DNA of 64,000 nt from Patescibacteria group bacterium. Its GTDB lineage: Bacteria > Patescibacteriota > JABMPQ01. A program made the position numbers and the translations under genes. The stretch is from positions 142,039 to 206,038 of the forward strand of contig JBGTBM010000010.1 in the NCBI GenBank assembly GCA_041749335.1, written 5' to 3'. Within the stretch, counting starts at the first letter, position 1. Every line of letters begins with the position of its first letter. The notes beneath the pieces are model-generated. The model worked only from the letters and a program-made list of their open reading frames with translations. It made no database searches and was not told the DNA's origin. This document shows, in pieces, positions 50,918-59,783 of this stretch.

Positions 50918-50988
50918 CAGGGGTGGTAGGAATTGAACCCACGTTACCGGTTTTGGAGACCGGAGTTCTACCACTGAACTACACCCCC
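50918..50988 (-). tRNA. tRNA-Trp (anticodon CCA).
   Basis: Manual fold: acceptor GGGGGTG/CACCCCT, anticodon loop CTCCAAA, T-loop GGTTCAATTCC. Confidence 0.8.
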
Positions 50989-51215
50989 AAAATTAAGCAG
51001 AAGAGCAAGCCTTCAGTCCATGAATTTTTTAAAAATAAGTTTATTTGGTTTCTTTGTGGGCTGTGTGCTTGCGGCACTCCTTGCAATATTTTTTTAATTC
51101 CAATCTTTCTTTAATTAGTTTTTTATTTTTTCGTGAAAAATAATTAACATTATGGCATTCCGTGCATTCAAATTTTATCATATTGTCTTGAGACATATAT
51201 TTTTTAATTAAATTT

Positions 51216-53120
51216 TTAAATATTTTTTATTCTGACCAAGGTCCATGCTCCGCCCTCGCCTTCTTTAACCAATTGAAGTAATTTTACTTCATATTCCTGG
51301 CCGTTATGCTCCACTCTTACTCGCGCCTCTCCGTCCTCGGATAAAAATAGATCAAATACATCAGTTTCGTTATCCAGGCCAAATTTTTCCGGAAGTTCTT
51401 CTTGCACTACCTTGACCGGATCTAATCTCCATTGCTCCTCGCCATCTTCAACCGCTTTTTGTTGTTGCTTGATATCAATAATGTTGTAGGGAAAAACTTC
51501 TTTACTCGCGGATGAATAGCTTTCCTCCCAAACTCCTTCTCGATATTCATAATAGATTACATCTTTGTCGGCAAAATAATCATTGCCGTCCGCCAGCTTC
51601 CATTGATAGCCCTCCGGTTGAAATGATGCGGTTACGTCGCATTTTATCTTACTTTTTTCATTTATGCAATGCAATAACAATCTGCGCGCATTAGCATTGT
51701 CCCCGTATTCAACATAATAGTCCGAATCGGTAACATAACCGATTTTAGCCGCTCGCCAAAATTCATTTTCCTGCGGCTCCTCAACCGCTAGAATATTAAT
51801 GTTTTTTTCAATATATTTAAATACTTCCGTTAAATTTATTTTAGGCGCTGATGATTCTGCTTCCGCTGCGGCCAGGGACTGCCAGTTCAAATCCTTCGGA
51901 ATTTCTATCGTTTGTAATATTTTAATATAATCATTCTTATCTCCGGCTTCTCGACGATATATAACCTCTGACTGTTTGGCTTCAATATCGGCCTTGATTA
52001 TTTCAGAATACACACCCCTTTGGCTATCAACGAAATAAATATATTTATTGGTTTTATCCCAAAATAGGTCAAAAATTTGGTTGCTGCTATCACTGGTTTC
52101 ATAGATCACTTCCGGCTTGGAGCCATTGCTTTCAATTATTTCCACCGTAATTTTTTTTATTTTATCATCATCGGAATAAATAATATGATTATAGGCGATA
52201 AATTTTCCATCGGGCGACCAGCGAAGTTCATAAATATTGCCCGTCAAGCTCGCTAAGTCGGTAAATTCCCCCACTTCGCTAATTTTTTTGATTTCGGTTT
52301 TTTTAATGATATCCCCGGACATCACTTTATCCAAATAGACCATAGCATCATCACCGGGAGAGATTGCGATAGGCTTTACTTCCCATAAATAATCCCAAGA
52401 AACATTTCTCCATTCTACTCCGCGGAAGGCGGGAGAAATTATTGATCCTTGAATTTTCGCTTGATTGAGCCGATACTCGGAATTGTCATATTTTTCTAAA
52501 TAATGAAACTTGTCGCCCGCGGCGTTAAAACCTTGATAATGCACCGGGTGCAGATTGGCGGCCGGAGCTACTAATTCGCTGGCTACTCCATTTTCGTTAT
52601 GAAAAACCCAATAAGAATATTCTTCATTATTATAAGAACGCAAATAAGCCACCGTGCTATAATCCGGAGACATCCAAATTCCCATAGGGTAATAATCTTT
52701 TGAAAAGGAAGCAATTTTATTTTCCGAAGCCCCCTTAAAGTCTGCCGCCCACAAAATCATATGATTTAAATCATCCTGTTTTTCTCCCGGTTCGTAATAA
52801 AACAGATTTGTTTTGGTGGCTTGAGGATTGGCCATAATAGAAACGTCGTGCGCGATATCAATGGTAAATTTTTGCTCCCCGATTGAATCGATAAAATAAA
52901 TATCGCCCCACTTGGTTTTATCTTTATCAATATACTTCTCGCCGATCAACAAGGCGGATTTATCCAAAGAATTGTCTTGCGTTATCTTTTCATTATAATC
53001 ATCCTTTTCTTGATCATATTTTTCTTTGTAGTATTTCCAGCCATAAAAAAATCCCACCGACATTCCTCCCAATACCAATATTAATATAAAATTGATTATT
53101 ACCGCTTTAAATATTTTCAT
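51216..53120 (-). CDS. Membrane-anchored hypothetical protein with TolB/PD40-like beta-propeller repeats.
   Basis: N-terminal [12 protein letters not shown]-type PD40 motif. Confidence 0.5.
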   Translation of the reverse strand: MKIFKAVIINFILILVLGGMSVGFFYGWKYYKEKYDQEKDDYNEKITQDNSLDKSALLIGEKYIDKDKTKWGDIYFIDSIGEQKFTIDIAHDVSIMANPQATKTNLFYYEPGEKQDDLNHMILWAADFKGASENKIASFSKDYYPMGIWMSPDYSTVAYLRSYNNEEYSYWVFHNENGVASELVAPAANLHPVHYQGFNAAGDKFHYLEKYDNSEYRLNQAKIQGSIISPAFRGVEWRNVSWDYLWEVKPIAISPGDDAMVYLDKVMSGDIIKKTEIKKISEVGEFTDLASLTGNIYELRWSPDGKFIAYNHIIYSDDDKIKKITVEIIESNGSKPEVIYETSDSSNQIFDLFWDKTNKYIYFVDSQRGVYSEIIKADIEAKQSEVIYRREAGDKNDYIKILQTIEIPKDLNWQSLAAAEAESSAPKINLTEVFKYIEKNINILAVEEPQENEFWRAAKIGYVTDSDYYVEYGDNANARRLLLHCINEKSKIKCDVTASFQPEGYQWKLADGNDYFADKDVIYYEYREGVWEESYSSASKEVFPYNIIDIKQQQKAVEDGEEQWRLDPVKVVQEELPEKFGLDNETDVFDLFLSEDGEARVRVEHNGQEYEVKLLQLVKEGEGGAWTLVRIKNI

Positions 53121-53192
53121 ATTGATTACTTTTTTTTATTTTACCAAATACATTGATTGCTCGCTAGTTGCTTTTATTAACAAATAGATAAG

Positions 53193-53223
53193 AAAAAGGG
53201 GGCAGTAGTTAAATACTGTCCCC
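53193..53223 (-). terminator. Intrinsic terminator (GGGGGCAGTA-gttaaa-TACTGTCCCC plus T5) directly downstream of the GC-rich gene.
   Basis: Perfect 10-bp stem plus T-tract on the - strand. Confidence 0.7.
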
Positions 53224-53303
53224 TGGAAGGTGCTAGGCGAGATATTCGGATGAATAGTTGACTTCCTCAGAATGAGTTGGTCGGAAAGATCAAATCTAGT
53301 GCG

Positions 53304-54743
53304 CTAGCAGTTGTAGCGCCGCTTGCTGTCGGCGACCTCGCCGAAGGTAGCGATGGCTGCCTTGCGACCATTGCCATCGGCGTAGACCTGGACGTCCTTC
53401 GAGTCGGCATGTCCGAAGCTGAAGCTGTTGCGGGCCTTGAAACCGCGGCCCCGCTGGTTCTGGCTTTTCTTCCCGCCGTTGGTGTTTCCGGACTCGTAGC
53501 GCTCGGCATCCCGCTCGTACTTCTTGGCCACTGCCTTCTCGACAGCGACCGAGAGCGGAGTCGTCCAGGCGTCTCGCTCGTCCTTGCGCGGGACTCCCCG
53601 AAGGATGTTCCCGCAGCGGCTGCAGAGAACCACCGGCTTGTTCTTCACCACCGGCTTCCCCTTGTCGTCGAGAACGACCTGCCCCTTGAGGTTGCCCTGC
53701 TTGTGCACGATCCGCATGGGCTGCCAGGAGATCCACATCTTGGGAAGTGGAATGTCCTCGCCGGCGCGGTTGATGAGAATGACCTTGTCATCCTCGTCTC
53801 GAGCCACGTCAGCCATCGTCCCCCGCTCGGAACAGTGGGGATTGGAGCAGACGTGGACATCCTTGGCATCGACCTTTGGCAGGAAGACGGGCGGACAGTT
53901 GTTCTCGTCCAGCAGGCCGTCGAACAGGTCGCGGGCCCACTGGCGCGAGAGATCGTTCGCGCTCGGTGTTCTCTGATCTTCCTCCTTCTGGTCGCCGGAC
54001 TCCACGTCCATACCGACCATGAAGGCGTCGGCCTGAGACAGAAGCTTCTGCTCGCGCAGGTGCTCCTGCTCCTCACGCCGGAGCCTCTGCTCCTCGGCCT
54101 CCTGAGACATCTTCTGGATCTTCGCTTCCGCCTCCTGCTGCCTGTGCGCCTCTTCGTCCTTGCGCTGCTTGTACTTGCGCTGGGCGTAGGAGAAATCGAG
54201 GAAGATGTCGTCGCGGCCGAAGAATCGCATGAGCTGCGAACGACAGTCGGGGCAGACCGGGAACGGTCCACCGCCATCCTTGAGAGTCAGCAGGCGGGAC
54301 TGGAAGGCCTTCGCGAGAGCGAACTGCTTCTCCTCGAGAGGAGAGCGTTTTCCGCGCGTGATGCGAGTGACCTCCGCCATCTTGGACGGATTCACCGTCT
54401 TCACGCACTCCGGAGTTCCTTCGCTTCCCATCACCATCTCCTTCCCGCAGTCGGGACGAGCGGCGCAGATCACGGTCTTCTCGGGGTCGTAGTCGAGCTG
54501 GCGTTCGGCCGGCACGACCTCGGCCTTGGCTAGGCGCCTCTCTTCGTTTTTCTTGGCCTTGGCGGCGGCTTGAACGCGACGCCTGCAGTGGGAACAGAAG
54601 CCATCGGGATCGTTGTCGTTCCAGTAGTTCTTGCAGGGGTTGCCCCCTTTCGTCACTCCCGGACACATCTTGCCATCGGAACGCTTTGGTGACATCTCAC
54701 ACCTCTTTTTACTTCTTGGTGTTGTGGTTTTATGAACAGACAT
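53304..54743 (-). CDS. Compositionally foreign (~65% GC) gene encoding a Lys/Arg/Glu-rich multi-Zn-ribbon coiled-coil protein of unknown function. Likely start at Met17 (54695), which has the SD AAAGAGGTG.
   Basis: The GC jump is confined to 53230-54700. CxxC pairs (CSHC, CPDC, CSNPHC, CSRC). Long uninterrupted frame, with alternative-frame ORFs typical of high-GC coding DNA. Own terminator downstream. Confidence 0.6.
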   Translation of the reverse strand: MSVHKTTTPRSKKRCEMSPKRSDGKMCPGVTKGGNPCKNYWNDNDPDGFCSHCRRRVQAAAKAKKNEERRLAKAEVVPAERQLDYDPEKTVICAARPDCGKEMVMGSEGTPECVKTVNPSKMAEVTRITRGKRSPLEEKQFALAKAFQSRLLTLKDGGGPFPVCPDCRSQLMRFFGRDDIFLDFSYAQRKYKQRKDEEAHRQQEAEAKIQKMSQEAEEQRLRREEQEHLREQKLLSQADAFMVGMDVESGDQKEEDQRTPSANDLSRQWARDLFDGLLDENNCPPVFLPKVDAKDVHVCSNPHCSERGTMADVARDEDDKVILINRAGEDIPLPKMWISWQPMRIVHKQGNLKGQVVLDDKGKPVVKNKPVVLCSRCGNILRGVPRKDERDAWTTPLSVAVEKAVAKKYERDAERYESGNTNGGKKSQNQRGRGFKARNSFSFGHADSKDVQVYADGNGRKAAIATFGEVADSKRRYNC

Positions 54744-55296
54744 TTCTGTCTGCCCACATTGTCTTTTCCGAATACCTATTATTAATGTACTTTCCCCTTA
54801 TATGCAAACAAGAAGAACCTTTTTTGGGCACTAAGCCCTCACCTCCATAAGGAAGGTCTAAGTAAGGAGGTAACTTAGACAAGGTTCTTCATATCTGAAT
54901 ATAATTTCCAAGTTTTAACTTAAGATTTTGAGAAATTATATAATCATTATTGAAAAGGTTCGTTTTTAACGCCATCTCTTTTCAGGCATCAATATTTTTT
55001 ACTATCTCAATCTTTATTGCACAAGTTTAACATATTATAATATTTATGTCAAGGCCTTTTGACATCTTTTGTCATTTTATTATCTTTTGTTTCATCTATA
55101 TTGTATTATTTTTTATAAATTATGTTTTACAATACCAACATATATTTATTAATAATGTTTTAGGCGCAGACATTTGGCGAGTTAAGTAATAGTGTTTTAT
55201 TTCTGAGTTATTGGCAGGTTAAGAACCTGCCCTACTTAAATATCTTTAAATTACATAGTTAACTGGGACTTAGTATATATATTTATTCATAAAGCC

Positions 55297-55324
55297 TTGA
55301 CAAATTATTTATATAATTTATAAT
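55297..55324 (+). promoter_or_regulatory. Consensus sigma70-type promoter TTGACA-N16-TATAAT in the gene-free AT-rich stretch.
   Basis: Exact -35 and -10 hexamers with 16-nt spacer, read from the sequence. Confidence 0.5.
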
Positions 55325-55451
55325 AAAGCCAGAATCAATGTCGGTTCTTGAGGAGAAAATAGAGGTATTACCGACATCGTGTGAACCATGACAGTTCTTT
55401 ATAAAAATTCTCCTCAAAACAAAAATACCTCGTGAAGACAAGGAGGTAAAT

Positions 55452-55526
55452 ATGTATGTGACCAGTTGGGGAAATATGTGCCGGTTTATTGTCCCCCGCG
55501 TCGCCCATTGCAGTGATGGCGGGTGA
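55452..55526 (+). CDS. Candidate small ORF (24 codons, MYVTSWGNMCRFIVPRVAHCSDGG) with a strong SD (AAGGAGGT-N5-ATG), downstream of the promoter and a structured leader.
   Basis: Found only by manual reading. No homology can be asserted. Confidence 0.2.
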   Translation: MYVTSWGNMCRFIVPRVAHCSDGG

Positions 55527-55638
55527 ATGTGTATGATATAAACTTTCATTATTTTCTTGCAACAGGCAAAACAAAAACCTCCGCTTGGAGGTTGAAGATA
55601 TATGAAGACTCTTAGTTCGCTAGGGGTCTCTTTTTTTA

Positions 55639-56403
55639 TTATTTATTAAATTTTTCCGAACCATTCCATGACAGCTCAAAAATATATTTCATAGTGTTAG
55701 CAATTTCCTGGCTCTCAATAATAACGCCGATGATTTTACCTTTATAAGTAGCGATAGCTAATTTATTGCAATAAATATTAATTTCAGCCGAAAAAGGAAA
55801 TTTATTTATCGGCACATACCTGCGATCTTTAGTCCCCTCTTTTTTTGGCAAAAAATTTCCCTTTTTGCTGGTATAAATAATTCTTTCCGGAATATTCTTT
55901 AGTTTCCGCGCCATTTCCTTGCGATGATCGGTTGGGCTGGGAGGCAATACTCGATAAACTTCATCCAAAGGAACAATTTGGTCAAGCCTCTCTACTTTGG
56001 ATTTGATCATATCGTCGCGAATTGATCTTAAACCTTCTTTCCCTTCAAAAAATCTCACCTTGGGTTTCTCTCCGCCAAGATTATACATAATATTTAATTC
56101 CGGAATTACATTTTTTATTTCTTCTTCTTTTTGCTTCAATCTAATTTGTTCGTTTTGAAGCAAATCTTTAAATTTTTCCGGAGATTCTGCGGTAAAATAT
56201 CTTTTTTTTCCCTTTTCAAAAGTTGATATTAGGCCTTTTTTCATCAAAGATTCCAATACCACATACGCCGTAGGGCGATTAATTTCCGCCTTTTTGGCAA
56301 TTTCCAAAACGCTGGCATAACCTAATTCCAAAGCTGATAAGTATATTTTTGCTTCTTTTGATTTTAAGCCTAAATTGGTTAGATCTTTGGGCAATATTGA
56401 CAT
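55639..56403 (-). CDS. TrmB-family transcriptional regulator.
   Basis: N-terminal wHTH (LGLKSKEAKIYLSALELGYASVLEIAKKAEINRPTAYVVLESLMKKGL) plus C-terminal TrmB-like domain. Confidence 0.7.
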   Translation of the reverse strand: MSILPKDLTNLGLKSKEAKIYLSALELGYASVLEIAKKAEINRPTAYVVLESLMKKGLISTFEKGKKRYFTAESPEKFKDLLQNEQIRLKQKEEEIKNVIPELNIMYNLGGEKPKVRFFEGKEGLRSIRDDMIKSKVERLDQIVPLDEVYRVLPPSPTDHRKEMARKLKNIPERIIYTSKKGNFLPKKEGTKDRRYVPINKFPFSAEINIYCNKLAIATYKGKIIGVIIESQEIANTMKYIFELSWNGSEKFNK

Positions 56404-56508
56404 GGTATTTATTTATCAAAATTTATAATACGGCATATCTTAGATAATATTATAGCGAATTTATTTATATTTATAATCACCACGTTCTTTTAATTATTTT
56501 CTTGTTCA

Positions 56509-56615
56509 ACCCTGAATCGGCGGTGGGATTCCTAACTGTGGCAATTTTTCGAACCTCTGCCTGCGGCAGACAGGCACGACTTATCCCGCTTAGCGGGTTG
56601 CTCTAGCCGATAGAT
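56509..56615 (-). other. tRNA-like fragment/pseudo-tRNA. It carries tRNA-Thr D-loop (GGCTAGAGCAAC) and T-arm (GGTTCGAA..AATCCCACCG) segments interrupted by GC-rich hairpins (CCCGC-TAA-GCGGG; CCTGTCTGCC-GCA-GGCAGAGG).
   Basis: Manual comparison with the adjacent tRNA-Thr. It does not fold as a canonical cloverleaf. Confidence 0.4.
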
Positions 56616-56659
56616 TGATTACCGTATTGAATATAATTTGCAATTTGCCTTAAATTCTT

Positions 56660-56732
56660 AGCCGACGGTGGGATTCGAACCCACGACCTACTGTTTACAA
56701 AACAGTTGCTCTAGCCGCTGAGCTACATCGGC
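56660..56732 (-). tRNA. tRNA-Thr (anticodon UGU).
   Basis: Manual fold: GCCGATG acceptor, D-arm GCTCAGCGGCTAGAGC, anticodon loop TTTGTAA, T-loop GGTTCGAATCC. Confidence 0.85.
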
Positions 56733-56735
56733 ATT

Positions 56736-56818
56736 TGGGCCGGGCAGGACTCGAACCTGCGTAGGCCGAAGCCATCAGATTTACAGTCTGACCCAGTTGA
56801 CCACTTTGGTACCGACCC
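56736..56818 (-). tRNA. tRNA-Tyr (anticodon GUA), type II long variable arm.
   Basis: Manual fold: GGGTCGG acceptor, anticodon stem TCAGA/TCTGA with loop CTGTAAA, variable hairpin, T-loop GGTTCGAGTCC. Confidence 0.8.
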
Positions 56819-57291
56819 ATCTTATAAATTTTTAATAAACCCGCCACCGGATTTAAGCCCGCGACTTTTCCCTGTCTAAAATATAGCTCTGAATTAGTAA
56901 AAATCAGAGTCAGTTCTAGAAAAATGTTGTTAGTTATTAACACAATTAAATCTAACATATATAATTAAGCGCATCAAGAGAAATATAATTATTATTTAAT
57001 ATGAAATATTTTAAGATAGAAAGTTTTTTAGATTAATAAACATAAAATTGTTTATAAATTTTGCCATGTATTTATTGTTTGCGGTTGTTTTATCATACCA
57101 CTCCTAATATTCCTACTCTTGTATTACAATAAACCAAATATTTTCAGTATTTATAAATGTTTTCAACTTAAAAAATATAAATGCGCTCGCCATTATTAAA
57201 TTGTTTACCCGATAAACCTAGATATTGTTTTAATAAAAGTATTATGTTTTAATAAAAGTAAAAGTTATTCACACTTTTTAAAAATTAAGTC

Positions 57292-57594
57292 TTGAATATT
57301 TCATTAATTTTTTATATTATTATGAATAAATTAAATTTGGCAGATATAAATAAGAATAGTGATAATAATGATCGAAAATATTATTTATTTGCATTAAAGA
57401 TTATTGGTGATTTTGGAATCGCTATTGCCGCCCCGGTAGTTATAATGGTATTAATCGGCCAATACCTTGACGAAAGATACCACCGCCAAATTTTATTTAC
57501 TATTTTGGGTTTTATTTTAGCCGCTTTGCTTTCCACATTGATTATCTACCGTAAAGCTAAAAAATATGGTGAACAATACCAGAAACTGAAATAA
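57292..57594 (+). CDS. atpZ: AtpZ/AtpI-like small membrane protein preceding the F-ATPase operon.
   Basis: Two TM helices. Position immediately upstream of atpB. Confidence 0.5.
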   Translation: MNISLIFYIIMNKLNLADINKNSDNNDRKYYLFALKIIGDFGIAIAAPVVIMVLIGQYLDERYHRQILFTILGFILAALLSTLIIYRKAKKYGEQYQKLK

Positions 57595-57600
57595 ATCTAT

Positions 57601-58377
57601 ATGCATATACCTACATTAGCTCCAGAAATACTATTTTATATCGGACCAGTGCCGATTACCAACACTATTATTAATACGTGGCTTGCGATAATTATTTTTT
57701 TAATCATAGGATTGATCCTTAGGCGAAAAATCAACCTTTATCCCGGCAAACTTCAAAATTTTTTCGAGTACGTTCTAGAATCATTATTAGGGTATTTCGA
57801 TCAAGTAACTGGCGACCGAAAAAAAACTTTACGCTTTTTGCCGTTAGTCGGATCAATTTTCTTTTTTATCCTGTTATCTAATTGGCTTGGATTAATTCCG
57901 GGAACAGGCAGTTTAACTTTTGATCATAAGATGCTATTACGTCCCGCTAATTCCGATCTAAACTTAACGGTAGCCATGGCCCTCGTCGCTGTAGTATGTT
58001 CGCATATTTACGGTATAATTTCCGTAGGAATTTTTACCCATTTAAATAAATTTATCCAGATTGGCACATTAATTAAAAGTTTGCGCAAGGGACCTATCGC
58101 TATTTTTACCGCCATTATTGAATTAGCGGTTGGGGTTATTGAATTAATTAGTGAAATGGCTAAAGTTTTATCTTTATCGCTTCGACTGTTCGGCAATATC
58201 TTTGCCGGCGAAGTATTAATTACCGTAATTGGCAGCCTTGTGGGTTTATTGGTTCCTACCCCCTTTATGCTGCTGGAAATATTAGTCGGAATCATCCAAG
58301 CTAGCGTTTTTGCAATTTTGACTTTGGTATATTTAACCGTTGCCACTACTGAAGTTGAAAGTCATGAAGAAGCTTAA
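57601..58377 (+). CDS. atpB: F0F1 ATP synthase subunit a.
   Basis: Conserved Arg in LSLSLRLFGNIFAGE. 5-6 TM. Confidence 0.9.
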   Translation: MHIPTLAPEILFYIGPVPITNTIINTWLAIIIFLIIGLILRRKINLYPGKLQNFFEYVLESLLGYFDQVTGDRKKTLRFLPLVGSIFFFILLSNWLGLIPGTGSLTFDHKMLLRPANSDLNLTVAMALVAVVCSHIYGIISVGIFTHLNKFIQIGTLIKSLRKGPIAIFTAIIELAVGVIELISEMAKVLSLSLRLFGNIFAGEVLITVIGSLVGLLVPTPFMLLEILVGIIQASVFAILTLVYLTVATTEVESHEEA

Positions 58378-58449
58378 TTTCAATAGCTTATTAATTAAAA
58401 CGGCGTCAGCGGAGCGAAGTAAAATAACCAATCCCCCTTCGTTCTAAAG

Positions 58450-58692
58450 ATGTCAGAAAGGATTAAAAATATGGATCACGAATCAATTGTCGCAATCGCT
58501 AAAGCATTTACAATGGCAATCGGAGGCTTCGGTCCTGCCCTAGCAATCGGCAGACTGGTAGCAAAAGCGATGGAAGCGATTGGACGCAATCCGGAAGCAT
58601 CTGGAAAATTATTTGTACCTATGCTGTTAGGCGCGGCTTTCGCAGAAGCGATTGCAATTTATTCTCTAGTGGTAGTTTTTACTTTGAAGTAA
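58450..58692 (+). CDS. atpE: F0F1 ATP synthase subunit c.
   Basis: Two-helix hairpin GLGPALAIGRL..AFAEAIAIY with the conserved carboxylate. Confidence 0.9.
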   Translation: MSERIKNMDHESIVAIAKAFTMAIGGFGPALAIGRLVAKAMEAIGRNPEASGKLFVPMLLGAAFAEAIAIYSLVVVFTLK

Positions 58693-58805
58693 TCCCCTTG
58701 ATTAGGTCTTTGCTAAATAAAGGCCTAATCAAATAGGACTATTTCAGAAATATCATGGTTTAAAAAACTAATCGATATTATTGCTAGTAATTAATTTAGA
58801 TCAAG

Positions 58806-59372
58806 ATGAATTTGTTAAACATCGCCTTGGCCAATGAAACAACTGCAGAAAATATAGCCAATACTGAAGAAGGACTATTGGCATCATTGGGAATAAACGG
58901 CACCTTATTTATTTTTCAGTTAATTAATTTCGCTGTAGTCGCATTGATTCTTTGGTTTTTAATTCTTAAGCCGCTTACCAAAAAAATGTCAGAGAGACAA
59001 AAATTGATTGATAAGAGCATTGAACAAACTAAAGAAATCGAAAAGAATTTATCTCAAAGCGCAGAACAATATCAAGTTAAAATGACTGAAGCAAAAAAAG
59101 AGGCAAATAAAATTATTGCGGCAGCACAGCAGGAAGCGATAAAAGCTACAAATGTCGTTAAAGATAAAGCGCAGCAGGATATTGAGCGAATAAAAGAACA
59201 GGCTAAAAACCAGATAAATAAAGAAAAGGACATAGCGAGGCAACAAGTAAGAGATGAAGCCGCTAGTATGATAACAGCCGCTGCAGAAAAAATAATAACT
59301 GCCAAAATCGACGAGCACCAAGATAATCAATTGATTAAACAGATTATTGGTGATTTAAAAATAAAATCATGA
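58806..59372 (+). CDS. atpF: F0F1 ATP synthase subunit b.
   Basis: N-terminal TM plus a long charged helix. Operon position. Confidence 0.8.
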   Translation: MNLLNIALANETTAENIANTEEGLLASLGINGTLFIFQLINFAVVALILWFLILKPLTKKMSERQKLIDKSIEQTKEIEKNLSQSAEQYQVKMTEAKKEANKIIAAAQQEAIKATNVVKDKAQQDIERIKEQAKNQINKEKDIARQQVRDEAASMITAAAEKIITAKIDEHQDNQLIKQIIGDLKIKS

Positions 59373-59761
59373 AAAAAAATACTATCAGGCAATATGCGCA
59401 AAGCCTATATCAGATAACCAGAAATGCTGCTCCAAAACAGCTGCCAGAAATAACTAAACAATTTTTATTTTTACTTACTCGCCACCACCAATTAAATAAA
59501 ATTGATTTTATTATCAAAGAATTTGACCAATACGCTAAAGAACAAGAAGGTATTCAAGAGATCACCATTGAATCAGCTTCAACCATTAATTCTGAAAATT
59601 TACAAAATATTAAAAAAATTTTTGGTGGTGAAAATACAATAGTCCATAGCACGATTAAACAAAATATCATCGGCGGCATGCGCCTAATAAGTAAGAACTT
59701 GATTTTTGATGCCACACTTAAAAAACAACTGCAAAAACTAAAAGAACATCTTAGTAGATAA
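59369..59761 (+). CDS. atpH: F0F1 ATP synthase subunit delta (OSCP), short form.
   Basis: C-terminal ..IIGGMRL.. motif. Overlaps atpF by 4 nt. Confidence 0.7.
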   Translation: MKKNTIRQYAQSLYQITRNAAPKQLPEITKQFLFLLTRHHQLNKIDFIIKEFDQYAKEQEGIQEITIESASTINSENLQNIKKIFGGENTIVHSTIKQNIIGGMRLISKNLIFDATLKKQLQKLKEHLSR

Positions 59762-59783
59762 TATAATTTAAGATATACCCATT

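Noticed and set aside
50923-51114. ORF 50923..51114 (+) of 63 aa.
   Set aside because: It overlaps tRNA-Trp on the opposite strand. Spurious.
53277-54666. Multiple long alternative-frame ORFs (53277..54533 +, 53296..53736 -, 53645..54277 -, 54073..54666 -, 53524..53976 +, 54205..54492 +).
   Set aside because: They are typical shadow ORFs of a high-GC coding region. Only the 53304..54743 frame has a balanced amino-acid composition, a terminator and an SD. The others are Arg/Pro/Ala/Ser-rich.
56695-56958. ORF 56695..56958 (-) of 87 aa.
   Set aside because: It overlaps tRNA-Thr and tRNA-Tyr. This is a translation artefact.
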